Shown one piece after another: positions 16,540 through 32,255 of a stretch of DNA of 64,000 nucleotides. The stretch's first letter is position 1. Every line of letters starts with the position of its first letter. The notes beneath the pieces are model-generated. The model was not told where the DNA came from and did no database searches. It saw nothing but the letters and a program-made list of their open reading frames with translations. This stretch comes from the human T2T-CHM13v2.0 reference genome, Homo sapiens. The DNA lies in the NCBI RefSeq assembly GCF_009914755.1, contig NC_060928.1; one strand, given 5' to 3'. The translations under genes were made by a program, and so were the position numbers.

Positions 16540-16750
16540 CAGGAGGAAAGATCTATTTATTAGTACTTACAATATAACAGATTCTATGCTAAGAGTTTTG
16601 CATACATTATCTCACTGAGTGCTTATCTCAAGACTTTGAGGTTGTTACCATTATTGTTCCCATTTTACAGATAAGGAAATTGAGACACAAAGAGATTATA
16701 TCTTACTTAAGTCCCAAAACTAGCTATAGTAAGATTGGCCTGGCTCCAAA
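16540..16750 (-). mobile_element. MIR
   Basis: cccattttacagataaggaaattgagacaca. Confidence 0.8.
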
Positions 16751-17233
16751 GAGGGCTCGTTGACTTCCAGTGTTCCAAGGGGCTCCAGTCACTCTGTTTG
16801 TCATTATGCCGTGGGCTTTCCCCCAATGTTGCATATTGACAAACTTCCCAAGCTATACTCTACTGTGTCCTTTCTCATTTCACAGGTGACAGAGACACAA
16901 AATTACCACCAATCTATACACCTGGAAATAACTCTGCCTCCTGGCACAGTGCTTTTTTCCTTATTACACACTGCCTTGCACCCTTGATCATCCACTGCAG
17001 TAAATATGATAAAAAGATACTTTCAATTTCTTTCTCATAGAACAAAATGTGTTCACTCTGGAGTACATTTAGTTTAGCATAATCAAAGCTAAAATTCCTA
17101 TGTGCTATAATCATGTAAATTGCTATTGACACTACTTCAGATTCAAGAACTTCTACCAGAAAGGTCAAAGCAAAATGGAACAACAGCTTGGAAGTTCATT
17201 ATTGTCCTCACAGAATTTCATTATCGACAACTA

Positions 17234-17713
<480 letters not shown>

Positions 17714-18616
17714 TCATACAGAATAGGAAGTAATCTCTGGAGACTGCAACAGTCAGAAAATTTATCAGGAGGAGGTAGGAATCGAAGCCTGGATTTTATC
17801 TAACATGTATTCCTTCAGTCATTCAATAATTTGCTCATTCACTCAATAGTTCTTCAGTTGGGCATCATGCTTAATGCATGTAAGAGTAAAGGGACAATGG
17901 TGTATAACCTGGATAAGAGGCATGAGAGTTATGGGAGATAATACGATTCCACTGGCAGAATATTTCAATTCAAATGTGCAGTGTACTCTACTCTTGCATC
18001 CACCTGTCACTTGTTGAGTGTCTCTTACCTGCTGAGAACTCTGCTAGATCCCTAAATGAAGCAAAATTCTGGTCACTGTCTGCAAATACTCACAAAACAT
18101 TTAAATAATGTCTTTGTCCAAATAGTCCTTGTTGTGTAGCAAGAGGACTTTGTATCACACAGTGTAGGCTCAAAGAAATGGTACAAGGGGAACATGATGC
18201 ATGCGTACTCAGGATTCTTGCCATCCAACTGTTGGAAAGAATATAACAGGACACACCATGGTTGTGCTCCAGGAAAAGGACACAGGTCCCCTGACACCTT
18301 GCATTCTTACAGAAGCATTAAGAGGGGCAGGGACCACTCAAACAATTTGGGAAATCCAGCCTAGTTAGTACAAGAAAAAAAAAATGTCCTTTCTCAGATA
18401 TTAATTTGCATATCAGCACTGGGTTCAGCTAGAGGCCTTGAAACTTATACCCCTCCCTGCTCAGCCATCTTGTTGCCTTGTTGAGGGAGGGCCACTGTGC
18501 TCATCCAGGAATGAGATAACTTAAGTCTTCTCAGAAATGTAGTCCAGAGTAAGGTGAGATGGGAGGATAGACTCACAGATGGAAGTTGGATAGGTGAGGG
18601 GAAAGGGGTTGGGCAC

Positions 18617-19118
18617 TTTTTTTTTAAGACAAGGTCTCTCTGTGTCACCCAGGCTGAAGTGCAGTGGGTGCTATCATGGGTCACTGCAGCCTCAACTTCC
18701 TAGGCCCAAGCAATCCCCCCCACCTCAGCCTCCCGAGTAGCTAGGACTATAGGTGCGTGCCACCACACCCAACTAATATATTTTTTCATTTTTTGTAAAG
18801 ATGGGGGGTCTCCCTGTGTTGCCCAGGCTTATTTCCAAAGGCTTTTTTTTGTTTCTAAGACAGGGTCTCGCTCTTTCACCTAGGCTGGAGTGCAGTGATG
18901 CAATATAGCTCACTGCAGCCTTGAACTCCTGGGCTCAAGAAATCCTCCCACCTTAGCCTCCTGAGTAATCAGGACCACAGGCATGCACCACCACGCCTGC
19001 CTAATTTTTTTTTAGAGACAGGGTCTCACTATGTTGCCCAAGCTGGTCTCAATCTCAGGCTCAAGAGATCCTCCTGCCTCAGTCTCCTAAAGTGCTGGGA
19101 TTACAGGCACGAGCTACC
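18617..19118 (-). mobile_element. Two tandem antisense AluJ-like copies
   Basis: Alu bodies at ~18617-18836 and ~18843-19118. Confidence 0.9.
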
Positions 19119-19426
19119 ATGTCCGTCTGGGCATTCTAAACAAGGGGCAGACATAGGCAGATGTGCAGAGCCAGGAAAAAGGACGTCTAGTTCCCCACAG
19201 TAACTTAAGTGCTCAGTACAGTGCTGAGCAATAGTGGGTGCTCGGTAAATATTTTGTTGGATGGCTGAAAGACATTCAGGCCACCTGCATGCCCAGGGCC
19301 TCTCAAACTTGGTGCATAAAAGGAGTAGCAGTGTCTTAGGGAATATCCAGAGCACCAAGACAAAAACAGACATAGTTTTACCAGATTTATTGGTAAGTAA
19401 ATTAAAACTCTAAACAAATTAAAACA

Positions 19427-19718
19427 GGCCGGGTGCGGTGGCTCATGCCTGTAATCCCAGCACTTTGGGAGGCCAAGGCGGGCAGATCACAAGGTCAGGA
19501 GATCGAGACCATCCTGGCTAACATGGTGAAATCCCATCTCTACTAAAAATACAAAAAATTAGCCGGGTGTGGGGGCGGGTGCCTGTAGTCCCAGCTACTC
19601 AGGAAGCTGAGGCAGGAGAATGGCATGGACCCGGGAGGCAGAGCTTGTAGTGAGCCGAGATTGTGCCACTGCACTTCAGCCTGGGCGACAGAGCAAGACT
19701 CTGCCTCAAAAAAAAAAA
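19427..19718 (+). mobile_element. AluY/Sc-like element
   Basis: gagatcgagaccatcctggctaac; aattaaaaca on both flanks. Confidence 0.95.
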
Positions 19719-19972
19719 ATTAAAACAAACATATATTCATATATGTTATATATAAGTGCATGGGTATACATATGTACATAAATCGCAAAGTTCCAATAAA
19801 TTATTCAAATAAAATATAAGATTTGAGATAAATTTGCCTTTTGTGGAATCTCCCTGCAATACTCAGACCCCTGGGAAACAGGCGTTCAATCTTCTCCGCC
19901 ATTAGGGATATAAAAGTGGAAAAGCTTGAAAAGTAGTACTGGATTCCTATTGAGCAAAAGAAAAAGAAAAAA

Positions 19973-20277
19973 GCGGTGGCTCACGCCTATATCCCAGCAC
20001 TTTGGGAGGCCAAGGCAGGTGGATCAGCTGAGGTCAGGAGTTCGAGACCAGCTTGGCCAACGTGGTGAAAACCTGTCTCTACTGAAAATACAAAAAAAAA
20101 AAAAAAATTAGCCGGGCATGGTGGTGGGTGTCCGTAATCCCAGCTACTTAGGAGGCTGAGGCAGAAGAATCGCTTGAATCTGGAGGTGGAGGTTGTAGTG
20201 AGCTGAGATTGCACCACTGCACTCCAGCCTGGCAACAGAGTGAGACTCCATCTCAAGAAAAAAAAAGAAAAGAAAAC
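19973..20277 (+). mobile_element. AluS
   Basis: Sense Alu, slightly 5'-truncated. Confidence 0.95.
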
Positions 20278-20718
20278 AGTGATTAAAATAGCAACTAAGA
20301 GATAAGTTGTAAGATTTCTAACCTTTTCCTGAAAAAAGAGCTGCCAGGTAAGGCTAAAGAAATTTGTTTATTAAATCAGCAATAAACTAGATTATGTGGT
20401 TTCCAAAATAAATATGATCTTTCATATTATACATGTAATATGTAAGATATGTTTATAAAAACAAATAATATAAATATTATAAACAGAAATATGAGTTAAT
20501 ATCAATAAGCTTTCACAACAAGAAAGTGTCTAGTGTCATAAACCATCTTTGGGGAAAAAACAAAACCCTGCTAGATCTAAGAGTTTGTGACTGTATATTC
20601 ATATGCACACGCACACATATAATCTCCCACACTTAAACTAATCTAATTAAGAAACTACAGTCTCCTCTTAAAGCTGAAATTCTTTCAGGTCATGGATAAA
20701 GACAACAATGGTATGGCT

Positions 20719-20773
20719 AATGCAATATACAATAATATACAATACAATACAATGCAATGCAATACAATACAAT
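20719..20773. repeat. (AATAC/AATGC)n pentanucleotide repeat
   Basis: Seen directly. Confidence 0.8.
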
Positions 20774-21684
20774 AATGGCTCATTACTAGAAATATTAGGA
20801 ATTACCTATAACTCGAAAGAAAACTGGGCCACCAGGCTTCATTTTGGTATTATATTTTTTTGCATAAAAGTATACTAGTCTTCGGTTTCAAACTTTGTTT
20901 TCGCTCTGCCTTCCTTCGCCTCTTTCAGAAAATACACAAGGCACGGCTCTGGGTTCCCTGAGCAAAACCAGACTGGTCAGCTTCGTGTTGCTGTAACCTT
21001 CAGATCTGGATATTGTCACCCATTTGCTCTTTCCAAAGACAAAGGGGGCCTATTTCAGGACACCTGGCCTGTTGTTTTACTTTTTTTTTTTTTTTTAATG
21101 CTGGTGAAAGTGTAGCTGAAAATTCAAATGGAAAAGAATTTCAACAGGTCAGCATCTTCTTTTCCACTGATTTTTATCTAAACAGAGTCTTGAGAATGCT
21201 TCTGTGCCAGATTATTATTCTGTGGCACAGCCAACCTTATCCCTGCAAGCCCCTTCATAATCAGTGTCGATGGCCACAGAGTTCATTCAACCCATAGTGA
21301 TGAGAATCAAACGTGAAGATGGTTGAAATAATTGGGTCAAATCTGCAGCAGGCCACAGGAGAATGAGGGCACATTCAAAAATCATAATGAATCACATTCT
21401 CTGTGGGTAAAATAGGAATGATGATGATGTGGTATCAGCCAATTTCAGATGGACACTAGCAAGAAAAATGTAAATAATTAATATTTATATAGGTGCAGAA
21501 TAAAAATAAATAATACTGTATCATATGAATGTAGGTAGATTTATGTCCCAAACATCTGATTTCCAGCTCATTCCCTTTCACAAAAAAAAAAAAAAGGAAA
21601 AAAATGTTATGCAGTAATGGAAGCATCAGGGAATTGGAATATTTTCTGTTACAGTATGTTTTAAATATTTTCTGTTACATTATG

Positions 21685-22120
21685 TCAGGTTGGAATTCTT
21701 CCATTTTTCACACCAAATCCATCCTCTCCCCTTCTCTGCTGTGCTCCATGCCCTGGGAGGCTGATCTGTTTGGACTACAACAGGCTTCCCTGTCCTCTGG
21801 CTTCCACCAGGTTTGGCCAAGAGCAGGCAGTAACCAGAGATCAGACAAGGGAGGAGAGTGAGGTTGAGCATTCATTGTTTCAGCTCCCCTCTAAGGGCTC
21901 ATTCTTGCACAGAAGGTCACAGCTCTTTTCAGATGGCTCATTCACACAGCCTGTCTACCTCCCTTTAGAGGTCATTACTTCCTCCTTTTTGTCCCATTAC
22001 TGCACCATCCCAAATGGTTTCCATACTCTTCGCCCACGCCTTTGTGAATAACCTGTTAAACTCTCTTCAAATCACTCAATTTAATTTACCATGTGTTTTC
22101 AGCTGGACTCTTGACTGAAT
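21685..22120 (+). mobile_element. LTR33-like ERVL LTR
   Basis: ccctgggaggctgatctg...ctctggcttcc...ttaaactctcttcaaatcac. Confidence 0.6.
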
Positions 22121-22464
22121 CATATGATCACTAATCGTTTCTAAAAATTATTCCACAGTGTTCACCCAAAACAATTCTTTGACAACAACATAAAGTGTGT
22201 CTACTTCCCTTCAACCTGTACATGGTTTCCACTTTGACCATGGCCTGAGTCACTTGTCCTAAGTGACTCTATTTTGATATTTATGATCACAAACATCACT
22301 ATATATCAGGCCCCTTCTTGGGGAGATAACGTTAGAGGGAGGGTGATTGGGTGGGCTACACATGAAAAATCTACTCTAGTATCTTTATTTCCAAAATCTT
22401 TACATTTCTCCCTCTATGTTATGCCAAGGAAATTTTAGCACCTTATCTTCTCTTTCATATGTAG

Positions 22465-22810
22465 GCTCATAGAAGCAGAGAGTAGAATTGTGGATATTAA
22501 AAGCTAGAAAAGGCAGGTGGGAGAGGAGGAGGGGAGAGGTTAGTTAATGAATACAAAATTACAGCTAGAGAGGAGGAATGAGTTCTGGTGTTCTGCAGAC
22601 ATTAGGGTGAAAATAGTTAACTATGATTTATTGTATATTTTCAAAAAGCTAGAAGACAGAATTTTGAATGTTCACAGCACAAAGAAATGATAAATGCTGG
22701 AGGTGATGAATATGCCGATTACACTGATTTGATCGTTACACATTGTATACATGTATCAAAATATCACATAAATATAGACAATTATTATGCATCAACTAAA
22801 AATAAAAGGA
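22465..22810 (+). mobile_element. L1MA 3'-end fragment
   Basis: catagaagcagagagtagaat...tacaaaattacagctagagaggaggaatgagttctggtg. Confidence 0.8.
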
Positions 22811-23329
22811 AAGATTTTTAAGTACTTTGACTTTATTTAGTGTTGACCAACACATTACACGTTTCAGTCATCTAGGATCACTCCAGCTGCTCCAGATAGC
22901 AAGATTTGCCGAAGTAAGAGAAGAGAGTGCAAGAGATTATTACACCAGCAATTAAATACTTCAGCCTGAAAGTGATATATGTGACTTCACCTCATAACCT
23001 ATTGGCCAGGACCACATGGCCCCAACTGCGAGGAGGACAGCAAAGTGTAATCTTTCAGGTTTCTAAGAGGAGAAAAAAAACTAGATATGTGTGAGCATCA
23101 CAACCATGTAACTTAGAGCTGTCAAAGGTGATGAAAAGTTACAATATTCATACAGTTTTCAACTTGGAGGATTGTAGTCACTGTATTTTGTGTTATTTAG
23201 TTGTTTCTCCCTCCCAACTTCCCACATCTTAAATGTAACTATACTAATATTTCAGGTTTCAGGTGACAGTATGTCTGAATTGATACCAACTCACAATAAG
23301 ACATGAGTCTGAGCCTTGTGCTCATGCTC

Positions 23330-25270
23330 AGTTTACAAAATAGTTTATCGGTACCTTCTGGACCTGTTAGGGCTGCGTCTCGTAATTGCCATTTCCATTT
23401 TACAATGGAATACTACTGGGCATGCCCAGTTTTATGGTTGTGATCAGATGATAGTTAGTTTGTGGTAGGTGTTTTAGGTTGTCCAGTCACTAGACCACCA
23501 AGTGCTTTGTTCTGGGACTTGCCAGAGTCTCCAAACAGCATCTCTGCTGCCATGCTACAGTTCCAATGCCATTGAATCCATTAGGTCATAAGACTCAAGT
23601 GGCATGTCAACTTTCAACCCAGCCTGGACATGCTGCAGGTCTTATTCTTGTTCCAGGACTTCCTTAAGACTGGAAGCTTATAGGTTATTTCCTAAGTAGG
23701 TTAGTGCAGCATGCCCAAATGTGGTATATGTTGTCACCAAAATCCAGAGGCTTATCAAATACAGTGCCTTTTTCTTTGTGGTGGAGGGTGCAAAGTCCTG
23801 CCATTTGTGATTTCCTAACATGCTACAAACCACTGGCCTCTTTTCACACGTCACCAAAGTGGTGGCAGGGCCCTGAACTTTCAGAGGGTTTATCTCCCAC
23901 CCTTAGCATATATATTTTCTACTTCCTTCTCACTAGGTCCAACAAACAACATGCTTATCAATGTAAAGAACTCGTGTGATGTTCCACAGAATACAATAAA
24001 GATATACCCTTGTCTCTGCTATATAAATGCAAACTGCTTCTGATTTTGCCTACTGGTTAGGATGGGAAAGAACGCATTTTCAGGACAACAGTTGTATGTC
24101 AGGTGCCTGGGGGGATCATTTGTTTCAGTAAATATCCTGTATCCAAAACCATAGCTGCAACTAACTTCACCACCTGATTAGGTTTGCAATAATCCACTGT
24201 CATTTTCAAGGCCCGTTAGGCTTTTGTTCCAGCCAAACAGAAAAGTTTTATGCAGATATAGTAGGAATTACTACCCCTGCTTCTCTCAAGGTCTTTATGG
24301 CAGCAGTAATTTCTACAATTCCCCTAGCAGGATCACTTACTGTTTAGTAGCTTGGTGAATTGTTTGGGAAGAGCTCCAGTGGCCCTAGATAGTCCTTCCT
24401 TTCATAGTAGCCTTCACTCAACAGGACAGGGAACCAGAATGGTATCCTGCTAGTTACCAACTATATGTGTATGCATATGCATGTACATGTGTATGTGTAC
24501 ATGCATGTGTATGTGTACCTGTATGCATATGTGTGTGTGTGTGTGTGTGTATGTATTCCCACCAGATATCCTGGGACTGGGATAATATACACTGGATGGG
24601 CCTGCAATCCCAGTAGGTCCACTGTTACATGAATTGGAGCCACAAATTCATCTAACACCTGACATCCATAAGCCCTACTTTGGCAGATGATTGTAATGTT
24701 TTTGGTCTGTGGCATAAGTGTAAAATCAGAGCCAGTATGTGATACTTCCCAGTAGGTTTTATATTCCCTTCTCCCCGTCCACAGACCCCTGGGTGAATAG
24801 CTCCAGGTCACCCTGTGGAAGACTTGGGAGGAAATCCACTGGATACACTATGGCTAAAGTACAGAGTTCTTCTTCAGAGGCAACTGGCCTCCATCTCTGT
24901 TGAGGGGCTTCATCCGTCCACTGGCTGAGTTCTGAGACTCTGGTAGGAAGCCATGAATCCTAACATGGTGTCTAGTTTGTTTCTGCCCAGTAGTCCTAGA
25001 GGTCTAGGTCTACTCAGTGGACCTCAGTAAGCTGCCCCTTGATTTCATGTCAAAACACTCCTATGACCATTCCTTCTCCATGATGCATTGTGCTAACTGC
25101 ACATAAATTTGTCTTTGTCTATTAACAACTCCCACCTACCCTCTACCTCTCTGGAATCCCATTTTCTCGTTGTAATTGGGACATGCCATTTTTGCAGCAT
25201 TTCCATTGTCTTCTCTGGAAGTCAGAGGACAGCTACCAAGGAAGGCCCCTTCCCCAGTGCTTGGTGAAGA
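23330..25270 (-). mobile_element. Decayed ERVL internal region (gag end, protease, RT)
   Basis: Minus ORF 24461-24811 contains HTGSDFTLMP...AYGCQV...HPVYIIPVP, aligning to ERVL protease (DTGSELTLIP...AYGGQV...HPVVISPVP); an RT-like ENAFFPI lies near 24070. Confidence 0.75.
24462..24556. repeat. Compound (TG/TATG/CATG)n alternating purine-pyrimidine tract
   Basis: Seen directly, inside the ERVL remnant. Confidence 0.9.
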
Positions 25271-25769
25271 GGTGTTCTCCAAACCTCCTGCTAGGTAGTA
25301 GCAGAGCTGGTTGCTAATAACAGGGCTTTAAAGAGACAAATTTAAAAGCCACTGCCACAAGTTTCTGAATGCTGAACCCTAGCATTCCACCGGAAGACCA
25401 CAACTGTGCTGGATACCTCATTCTGCCTTCCAGCATACCAAGAGAGTGCATTACTAGGGGAACCTAGTCACTATTCAGACCATTAGTTGCAAGGAGTTTG
25501 GGAAATGTAGTTTCTAGCTGGATGGCCAGGTGCCTAACTAAAACTCTTTTACTATGACAGAAAGGAAGAACAGATTCAAGGAATAATTTCCAGTTCCCCA
25601 CATTCAGCTCTCCTTCTCTACCAGTTCCTTCCCATCAGCATTTAAACATGTTCACAGATTGTTGTTATTTTCTTCCACTTTGGGAGGAAAAGTAAAACTC
25701 ATTTCCATATCCCCCCTCACTATTTCTCTCCCTTTATTCTATATAATTAAATATTATAAAAGAATTGTC

Positions 25770-26073
<304 letters not shown>

Positions 26074-26218
26074 ATTGTCTTCGAATGCTTATCAGTGTAT
26101 GTAGAAAAGTCTAAATTTAGCATAGGAAAAGGAGCTCTGGATATTAATACACAATATACAAAACTGAGACCTGTGGAATGATTGAAAATTGAAGACTTAT
26201 TTTTTTTAACATCACCAG

Positions 26219-26955
26219 TGTGGTAAGCAGGATAATGACCATCCTCCCCCAAAAGATGTCCATGTCCCAATTCCAGAAACTGTGCATATGTTACCTCACA
26301 GAGCAGAAAGGGATTTTGTAGACATGGTTAAAGTTAAGAACCTTGAGATTAAGACATTGACCAGGCACAGTGGCTTACATCTGTAATCCCAGCACTTTGG
26401 GAGACTGAGGCAGGAGGATTGCTTGAGCCCAGGAGTTTGAGACCAGCCTGAGTAACATAGCAAGACCCATTTGTACAGTCAATCAACCAATAACAAAGAA
26501 GAATTGGGGAAAATATCTTGGATCATCTGAGTGCGCTCAATCTAATCACGTGGGTCCTTAGGAGTATAAGATGAAGAAGAAGGGATATTACATGAAAGGG
26601 ACTCCACTCTCTGTTGCTGGCTTTGAAGGTGGAGGAAGGGGACTGACCATGAACCAAAGAGTGTGGACATTCTCTAGAAGCTATGAATGACCCTCAGCTG
26701 ACAGCCAGGAAAGAAAGCGGGGCCTCAGTCCTACAACTGCAGGGAACTGAATTCTGCCACTGACTTCAATGAGCAAGGAAATAGGTTCTCCCCTACAACC
26801 TCCAGAAAGGAATGCAGCCTGCTGACCCCTTGGTTTTAGCCCTTTTAAATCCATGTTAGACTTCTGACCTCCAGCACTGTAAGATACTAAATATGCATTA
26901 CTTAAGCCACTAAGTTTGTGTTCATTTGTTCTGGTGACAATGGAAAACAGATGTA
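26219..26955 (+). mobile_element. MLT1D/E-type LTR interrupted by a FLAM-like monomer (~26358-26480)
   Basis: ccaaaagatgtccatgtcc...aactgaattctgcca...ttaagccactaagtttgtg. Confidence 0.8.
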
Positions 26956-29085
26956 TCTTATACATCAGATAAGATACTTTTCCCCTTAAATCTTCTTCCC
27001 TGGGGACATTGATCACAAAGCGGTATTTCTGAGAATAGAGAGCATTTTAAAAGCTTGGTTCTAGGGCAATTGCCAGATTCTTATATCCTGACCTACACAT
27101 GGTTCCAGGGAGAGGATGAAGCAAGAAGAGAAAAAACAAAGACCTTGCTCTTCTGTTTCCCTCTCATTTCCCAAACAAGAAAATTGGAAAATGCAAATCA
27201 TAGAATTTATACTATTGGAGAAAAATATCTAGTTCTACCTCTACATAGTAAGGATACCTCATAAGTAGAGGCACCATTTATGGCCCAAGCCTGATGGACT
27301 CTATTCAGAGCTTTGCATGCACAGAACATTCCTTTTACAGTGTGGGAGGAGTTACACAGGCATGCGAACACACACATCCCACCCATAGAAAACCATCTAG
27401 AACAGGTGTTCATGAGTTTACACAAGGATGCTCAACAGCCTTAAATACACAAACAAAGTAAAGGTAAAACTCAAACTTCATAGAGACCACTCCTCATGTT
27501 CAAAGAAGAAAACTCCTCCACACTAGGACAAAATTCCCCATGAATTCTCTTTACCTTGTGTAAGTCAAAGCCTTCTTTCTATGGGGATCACCACAGGCTA
27601 GCATCTAATGGACAAATACAGTGCATAATAATTTTGATTTAAATCCTAAAAGAATTTGTCTCAGTATAAAAATATTTTTCCTTTCTCACATTTTTAATAA
27701 TACACAGAATCTTCTTCCTAACCAGAAAGACCTTTGCTCCCAAATCTACTGAATTACCTAGTTTTAAATCTGTTAAAGTAATTTAAGTTTTTCTAGTTCC
27801 TTTTAACCTGAAACTTGATATTCTAGAAGTATCACTTAAATTGGTCTGAAAATAAAACATCAATGGAGATAAGAAAGAGAAAAAAAAAAGAAACTTCCCC
27901 ACCAGATAGAGCTACTAGAAAGCTTACTTAGTGAGTAATAATTTATAGAAAAGGTAATTTATTATTTACTATGTTAAGTTGTTTGCACCGTTCAAAGTAT
28001 CTTCTTCGCTCAGTGACAAAACACCACATATACTTCTAAGGCCTATTGGGTGCTCAAACTGCTTTATCACCTTTCTTGTGAGGAAACTAGACAGCACTAT
28101 AGTGATTAATCCAGTAATTCTAGTAACACATCTTTAAAGATGAGGGCAAATGTTCTATTCATTTAAATATTTATTTCAGTAGTTTAAACAAAGAACCTTT
28201 ATAAAGAAAACCCAATATAAAAGTTAATATACTGGGGGAATAAATGTGAATCAAGAATGTAAAATTTAAATCTATAAAGCAGAGGAAGCCATGAGAAACA
28301 ATTGTTGGGCAAGCCTGAAAATGTGGGGAACAGTATCTGGAATAAAATAAGAAGCAAGGCCAAGGACAAAGGCTAGTCCAGGTCAGAAGCACAGATGGGA
28401 CTGCAACTCCCAAATCGTGTGCTGAAGAGCGACAGCGTGCTGGAGTGAACTCACAGAAGCACCTTAGGATGTTTTATACTTTTAAAAGAAACACAAAAAC
28501 ATCTGTCAGATCGTATGCGAATGTCTGTAATTAGGTGTTTGGAACTAATTACTTAATAAGTGAAACTATTAGAATTTCTTTGGCTAAGGGACACCATGAA
28601 AAAACTAGTGAGATTCTAAGGGCACCATGAAACAAGAAAGTTTGGAAACTTCTGCCTTAGGGACATGCTAGGATTCAAAGGACATTGCCTACTCAGAGTA
28701 AAATTAGAGTAGCAGATGAAAAGTGGAAAGGACAGTGCCTCTAGCTTCTGCATACCTAATTATACACAGTGGGGCCTTTTCATAGCTCAATGCTAGCTCT
28801 AAAAACTCTTGTGCTCTCTCATTCTAAATTCACTGCAGGAGCCCCTTAAAATCACTGAATCTTGCTTTCAAACCAGCGAATTTCGTTCTTCCTTAATAAC
28901 AAAAACAAAGCAGTAATTTTTCAGTGTTGGTCTTGGGACCAAACAGAGTTCCTCAAATATTTAGAGAAACTCTACTAAGACTTAAGTATCACCTTCCTCA
29001 TGAAGAAATGAATGAACTTTATGGAAAGATTCACTCAGCAACTTCATAATAGCCCATTATCAAAATTTTAAAATTTACTCTAAAT

Positions 29086-29625
29086 CAGGGGTTGGTAAAC
29101 TTTTTCTATAAAAGTTCCATAGTAAATATTTTAAAATATTCTTTTACAACTCTTTAAAAATGTAGAAACCAACTGAAAGCAGGCACTTGAGCAGATATTT
29201 GTACACCCATGTTCACAGCAGCATTATTCACAATAGGCAAAGGGTGGAAACCTAGTGTCATATCAATAGATGAATGGATAAACAAAATGTGGCATATACA
29301 CATAAAGGAATATCATTCAACCTTAAAAAGGAATGAAATTCTGATGTATGATACAACATGGATGAAATTAGAAAACATCAAGCTAAGTGAAATAAGCCAG
29401 ACACAAAAGGGCAAATATTATATTATTCCATATATGAGTTACCAAGAATAGTCAAATTCATAAAGAGAGAAAGCAGAACAATGGTTACCAGGGCCAGAGG
29501 CAAGGGCTAATGGGGAGCTGTTTCATGAGTACACATTTTCTCTTTGGGTGATAAAAAAGTTCTGAGGATGATAGGGGTGATAGTTGCAAAACGTAAATGC
29601 AGTTAATGCCACTGAAATACAGTGG
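29086..29625 (+). mobile_element. MER58-like fragment followed by an L1MB 3' fragment (~29170-29625)
   Basis: caggggttggtaaactttt; then cccatgttcacagcagcattattcacaatag. Confidence 0.75.
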
Positions 29626-30031
29626 TAGGTAAAGTTGAAGCTTAGAAGTGGACAGAAACAGCTTAAAGGTTCAGATTTGAAAGTTTAATTTTACCACTTG
29701 TGCTACTTTTATTTTCTTCTGCACTCATTTGGTACACAGTAGACCATTTCCCCTCCCATGTGTTGGAAAGGAGAAAAAAGGAAACATTGGAAAATTAAGC
29801 ATACTGTAAAGACTCAGATCTCTCCCCTGCATGCTTGCAACCTTTAAATCTAAAACTCACTTAACTCATGGATTAGTTAGCACAATCTCAGACTCTGGAG
29901 CCAACCTATCCCTAAAAAAAGAAAAACCTAACGGACTGTATGTAGGCTGCAGGCAAAAAAAAAGTCACTATAAGCAAGAAACTTCTTTCAGATTAGATAA
30001 ATCGTACATAAATGTATAGACAAAAGACAAC

Positions 30032-30620
30032 TGTTTCAGTTATCTATTCACTGGAAGAGATGTGTAACAAACAACCCTAAACTCACTGAAGTAAAACGAC
30101 AATCATTACCCTCATGAATTCTTCAGGTCAGGACTTAGGACAAGGCAGAGCAGGCATTGTATGTCTCTGGCCATGATGAGGGCCTCGGCTGGGATGACCC
30201 AAATGGCTGAGCGGCGAGAATGGCTAGGAGCTGGAATCAGCTTCTCAGCTCACGTGACTGGCACCTAGGCTGGGCTGACTCAAAGCCTGGGCTCAGCTGT
30301 GACTGTTGATCAGTATTACCTTCAAAGGGTCTCTCTGTCTGTCTTGGGCTTTCTCACAAAATGCCAGCCTCAGGCAGTGGAACTTCTCACAGGAAGGCTG
30401 GGAGTTCCAAAAGGTAAATGTTCCAGCAGACAAGGTGGTACTGCATGGTCTTTTATGACCTAGCCTCAGAAGTCACATATGGTGACTGTGACCATTTTCA
30501 CCAACTTCTATTGGTTAAAATCAATCACAAGCCCACATACATGTAAAGAGAGGGAACACAGACTCTATCTTGTTATCAGATGAGTATCAAAGAAGTTGCA
30601 GCCAGGTTTTAAAACTACCA
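30032..30620 (-). mobile_element. MLT1F/G/H-type LTR
   Basis: ttttatgacctagcctcagaagtcaca...ctattggttaaaa. Confidence 0.7.
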
Positions 30621-31212
30621 TGGACATATTTATAGAGAAATGGAGATACATGGCAAAGGGTTAACAGTGTCCATCCCCCAGGATCCCTCAAAGTGCATTT
30701 AATCTATTATCTTAATTCAGATTAATCCAAACTTATCCTTCAATAATAGCAAATTCCACCTATTTTCATGTGATGCAGCAGTAACAAACTTCAATTAACC
30801 TCTATAACTTGCATCAAAATTGACTAATAGCTTGTTTTTGACCCTAGCACCATCTGCCAATTTTAACCATTTCTTATTTTTCAAACACCATCAAGCTCAG
30901 ATCCACCTTCAGGCTTAGGCTCTCATATCCAGAAAGAATGCAGAGAATGCCTATAGCAAGCAAAGCAAGTAGATTAGGATCACATCAGCATTATGGCCTA
31001 TTCCCTATCCTTACTAGACTTTAGGATCTTACAGGTCAAGAGAAAAAAATGAAACAAATGGTAGGCAAATAAAGCTATCAACTTTTTATTCTCCAAAGTA
31101 AAAATATCTGAAGAACAACTACTATCTATTATCATATTAAAAAATAGGATAGACAATTTCAAAATAAAACATGGTCCTTAAGAGTGAAGAAATTTAACTA
31201 AATGAAAAATTC

Positions 31213-31442
31213 ATATATCTCATCTGAAATGCTTTGGACCAGAAGTGTTCTGGATTTCAGATTTTTTCAGATTGGGGAACATTTGCATTATACATACCAG
31301 TTGAGCATCTCAAATCTGAAAATCCAAAATCTGAAGTGTTTCAAGGAGCATTTCCTTTGAGCATCATATAAGTACTCAAAAAGTTTTGGATTTGGGAGCA
31401 TTCTGAATTTCAGATTTTCAGATTTGGCATACTCAATCTGTA
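31213..31442. mobile_element. Tigger4/MER46-type MITE
   Basis: gaaatgctttggaccagaagtgtt...tactcaatctgta. Confidence 0.75.
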
Positions 31443-31929
31443 ATTTTGTTTTTAATTTCTCTGCTGAGCTGAAGAAATTTCACCATAGAAGAATTCCAGT
31501 TCGCAAACTGGTATGTGAAATCATTTGTGCATCTGTCTCATCTCTTCTCTCTTTTGCTTTTTTCTAATGGATTTAGATTTTTGCTTTAGGAATTCAAAAT
31601 CTAAACAAGACAAATAAGTAAATGAGTATAATACCATATAAATGCTGTAAGAATACATGGGGAAACAAAAATAAAGGAAGGTCTCACAAATTAGGCAAAA
31701 AAAGTTTGCCCATGAGAAAGAATGGGAAAGATTATAGGCAGCAAAAACGCTGTAGCTGAAAGCACAGAGACAATCTACGCATACGGCATATCCAAGATAG
31801 CCTCTACTGTGTACCAAACAAGTAAAGAGTAGTTATACTTGGCCGTAGAGTAAAATTAACTTTCTCTTCATTATTCTTCTTTTTTATGAACTTTAACAAC
31901 AGAGCAAGCATTAATTTAATGATCAGGAA

Positions 31930-32255
<326 letters not shown>

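Noticed and set aside
24461-24811. Retroviral protease-like ORF as a domesticated gene
   Set aside because: The catalytic Asp of DTG is replaced (HTG), the frame runs into a microsatellite, and the flanking pol sequence is broken.
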